A DNA stretch of 64,000 nucleotides from Mobula hypostoma (lineage: Eukaryota). The DNA is taken from the NCBI RefSeq assembly GCF_963921235.1, contig NC_086097.1, forward strand, positions 206,586,001 to 206,650,000. The letters are read 5' to 3'. The translations under genes and the position numbers were made by a program. The notes under the pieces are model-generated. The model was not told where the DNA came from. It searched no databases and saw nothing but the letters and a program-made list of their open reading frames with translations. Positions 60,418 to 64,000 of this stretch are shown in pieces (positions within the stretch are counted from its first letter, which is position 1; each line of letters begins with the position of its first letter).

Positions 60418-62892
60418 AAATAGTAATGATAATGGTAGTGCAGTGTTTTATCTGCTGCTAAATGCTTACTTAGACTGTTATATCTAGGGAAGTATGTTAG
60501 TCAAAGTTAACAAAGCTAGACGAGCTGGAGTCATTTAGCATCCTGTATCAATTGACCTCATGATCTGACCATTGTAGATACTTTCTCTTGATGCACACTT
60601 ATTGACATTGTGTCTAATATGATACAGTATTCAAATGTGTAAGTGTGAGGCAAAAATAGCAATGATAACAAAAAAAAAACAGATTACTGCAAAAAACATA
60701 CCTGGTTCAGTGACATCCTTGAGGGGAGGGATCTGGAATGACCCATATGTGATTCCAGACCAAACAATGCAGCCTATTCTTAAAGGGTCTCCAAAAAGCA
60801 ACTCTAGTCAAGGGAAATTAAGTATGGACAATAACTCACAGTCTTGACAGTTACACCCAAGTCTCAAAAGAGAATTAAATAACAAAACAGGTTTAGTCCA
60901 CCATTTTGTTACATAACACAATCTATTGCATCTTAAAATCAGAATTTTGCTCACAAATTCTTCTGTGCACGCCCAGAAGTAAGTTATTTAAGATATTACT
61001 TTCACATCCCTCTCTAGTCTCATCTCTCTATCATCAGCTTCCCAAGCTCTGAAGATCATTGCACTGTACTTGTATTATGGTCCCCAGAGCAGAGACATTG
61101 TTAAACAGTTTAAAGTTCAAATTATTAATAAGATTGCTATCAAAAGTAATAATGAACATAATGAAAAATACCAGCAGTGTCAGAAAACAATGTAAACCTT
61201 TAAGGTAAATGGAAATACATAAACTAATTGACCATACTTACCCCTTCTTCAAATTCAGTTGAATAGGATTGTGCTGTTTGTGCCTGACATGGTGACTGAG
61301 AAGCTAGGGGGCTGGATGCGGTGCTTTACGCACCTCAGCTCAGGAGACTCATGCTGTTCTGCAGTGCTCAGTCTTGAGTCTAGCAGCAGTGGAAGGAGAA
61401 CTACTGTTGAGCACTGAATAAATGGAACTTTCTAACCTAAATTTCATTGTTTTTCCTTGTTCATCCACCCAATTGATTTAAGTCATGTACCAGGATCTCC
61501 ATTCTATGCTACATCATGCTTTTGGAACATTTGATTTATCACACAATATTTGTAATGTCAATGCCTCATTTCTGGGAATGAAGTCTTCATAGCCTTCAGT
61601 CTTGATGTAAGGGATTCTGTACCTTGTGAGATTTTCAAGGTCATGACTGCACCCACTTGCATTTCACTAAGGTTTTACAAAATTAATCATAATTGGTTTG
61701 ATAGGCTTTAGTATAATTCTAATACTTTATAACACTTGTTATTAGTGTAATGCGACTAGAGAAGGACTAAGGCTGATTGAAATTTGATGGCTTTGAAATT
61801 TATGGTTTAAGTGAATCTAATCACAAGCAGAAAATTACTTAGAAATGTTAAAAAAATCTTAAACTGCGAGTAGATTGATGGAATGTTGTGCACAGTTATT
61901 TATCATTGTTCTACATATCCCTGATAGGCTGACATTGTGCACCATTTGGGGTACAATTATATCAGTTACTGATGATAAACTGAAAGAGCAAACACTAATG
62001 CAGGAATCTGTCTTACACTAGAATTACTCTATTTCAACCTTTAATAATCACCTAATATTCAAACTGACATTGCTTTCACATTTTAGTAGATGAAGTGGAG
62101 TCTTTTTTTTAACTTTCATAGAGAATTGGTCACATTGCTGAGAATATAATGAAGTCCTTGTAGCAAGTTCCCTCATGCCTGAGACTCTAGTGGCTTTGAT
62201 TCTTAGCATATTGAACAAACTAAATAATGTGATATTGCTAGTCATACTTTAAAAAAGTAAACCTTATATAAGTTTCTGACCAATCTTAAGTACCAACTAT
62301 TGTTCTGTAAATTACATAAAATATTTTTTTTAAATTGCAGGTAGCACATAGCTTGACTTCAAATCATTATAGGACTAAACTATGCTGCTTGGTTGAAAAC
62401 TACTAACGAATAGACAAAATTCTGTTGACAGTTTGATATGTTCTTATTGATGTAGAAGCACAAAAATTTAAGATATTTCACACCTCATTTAACGGTCCCA
62501 ATGATACCTCATTATGACCTTTCCATAATGTGACCTCATAGCAAGGCTGTGGAACAGTTGCAATGTGATCAGTTCAACAGGGTAGAATCAGACATGAGGA
62601 GGCACAAAGACAAAGATTTAACAATAACTATACCACATCCAAGGTGGACGATAAGCACAATGTATTCAGGATCAACTTGTTGATTGACAATTTCCAGTTT
62701 CCTGATCCCAAACCAATTTTTATTTATTTTTTGATGATATTTTTATTATCATGGATATGTGTTATGAGTTTGCATCAACTCTCATCAACTCAATTGACAG
62801 GATTGAGTAACTGGGACAACATTTTTGAAAGGATCACAACAATAAACTGCCCGCACATCAGTGAGTATTATCAATAATGAAATAACTGCAGT

Positions 62893-63390
62893 CACAGAGT
62901 CATAGAGCACCATAGCAGAGAAACAGGTCCCTCAGCTCATCTAATCCATGCCAAACTATTATTCTCTCTAGTCCCATTGACCGCTTCCTGGACCATAGCA
63001 CTCCATAACCCCCATTCATTTACTTGTCCAAGCTTCTCTTAAATGTTGCAACCAAAGCCACATCTACCAGCTTGTTTCATGCTCACACCATCTTCTGAGT
63101 GAAGAAGTTTCCCCTCAGCTTTCCCTTAAATACTTTTCTTTTCACCTTCAACCTATGACCTCTAGTTCTAGCCTGTCCAACCTCAGTGGGAAATCCTATT
63201 TGCATTTACTCTATCCATATCCCTTAAAATTTTTTCTGCCTCTATCAAATTCCCCCTCATTTTCCTACCCTCCAGGGAAATAAAAGTCCTAACCTATTCA
63301 GTCTTTCCCTATATTCCAGGTCCTCAAGTCCCAGCAATGCCCTTGTAAATTTTCTCTGTACACTTTCAATCTTTTTGATATCTTCCCTTT
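62893..63390 (-). mobile_element. CR1 3' end fragment
   Basis: Tail cacagagtcatagag; homologous to 40425-40805. Confidence 0.8.
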
Positions 63391-64000
63391 AAGGGAATTT
63401 TTCAAAACAATATTGTATATATAAGTGCAAGCACAATTATGATACTGAACTGAGTATCATGCTGCTTTGATAAACTGATGTACCAGACTCTACTAATTCA
63501 CAGCCTTCAGTAAAGGATGTTCTATTAATAGTTCTGATATTTTCTTTCCAAATGCTAACACAAAAGAGCCCTCACTATCACAAATATTAAGTAATATTCA
63601 TCACAGCAAACATAGTCTTGGGCCTATCGAACACATTAAATTAGCAAAACATTAATTTTCCTTCATTGAAATCCATTTGCAATCAGTTGCTGATTTCTGA
63701 TAACATTCCAGAAATTTGCTACCTTTATATATGAGCATGTTTCCTTATCCCTGTCCTTAGAGAATTTAACCAAATCATGCCAACAGCTTGCCATACCACT
63801 TCCAGTTGGCTTTGTCGCATTCTTTTCTAATGGGCTATATTGTGCTTCATTGGTTTGCCACCTGTACTCTCCTACATTTTGGGGAAGGGCCACAGTGCGA
63901 GTTCCCATACTAATACATTCAAACAAACCCAAGATCTTCTTCCTGTCGAATGATAAGTGTCCTATCACTCCAACTCCATATCACCTCCTACAATACCACA

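Noticed and set aside
63663..63968. 101-aa minus-strand ORF near the window end
   Set aside because: GTG start, an in-frame stop just upstream, no good acceptor and no recognisable homology.
1..64000. CRISPR arrays, operons or prokaryotic defence/retron systems
   Set aside because: The sequence is vertebrate-type. All RT genes belong to retrotransposon clades and no regularly spaced repeat-spacer array was seen.

Overview
Eukaryotic, repeat-dominated, non-genic or intronic DNA. The repeat families (CR1 LINEs with an SGNH ORF1, V-type SINEs, Penelope pLTRs) point to a cartilaginous fish, probably a ray; this is an inference. No host protein-coding gene could be recognised. Most of the window is nested transposable elements: many CR1 LINEs (one young copy with an uninterrupted APE+RT ORF2 at 19.6-22.6 kb), Rex1/Babar-like LINEs, Penelope-like elements, a decayed CsRn1-like Ty3/Gypsy element (5' LTR and tRNA-Trp PBS), two tandem R4/Dong-like RLE retrotransposons, Tx1-like, Tc1 and pogo-like relics, and tRNA/CORE, V-type and Deu-type SINEs. 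Four structures stand out. (1) Minimal type-I hammerhead ribozymes in Penelope terminal repeats, one in a 175-bp fold-back mini-insertion with a 14-bp TSD. (2) A non-coding RTE-like element inserted antisense into its own family member, sharing its 3' tail with a tRNA-SINE. (3) An (AAT)n tract in a Rex1-like tail that was hit in two separate copies. (4) A 138-bp local direct duplication. Boundaries of decayed elements are estimated by eye.
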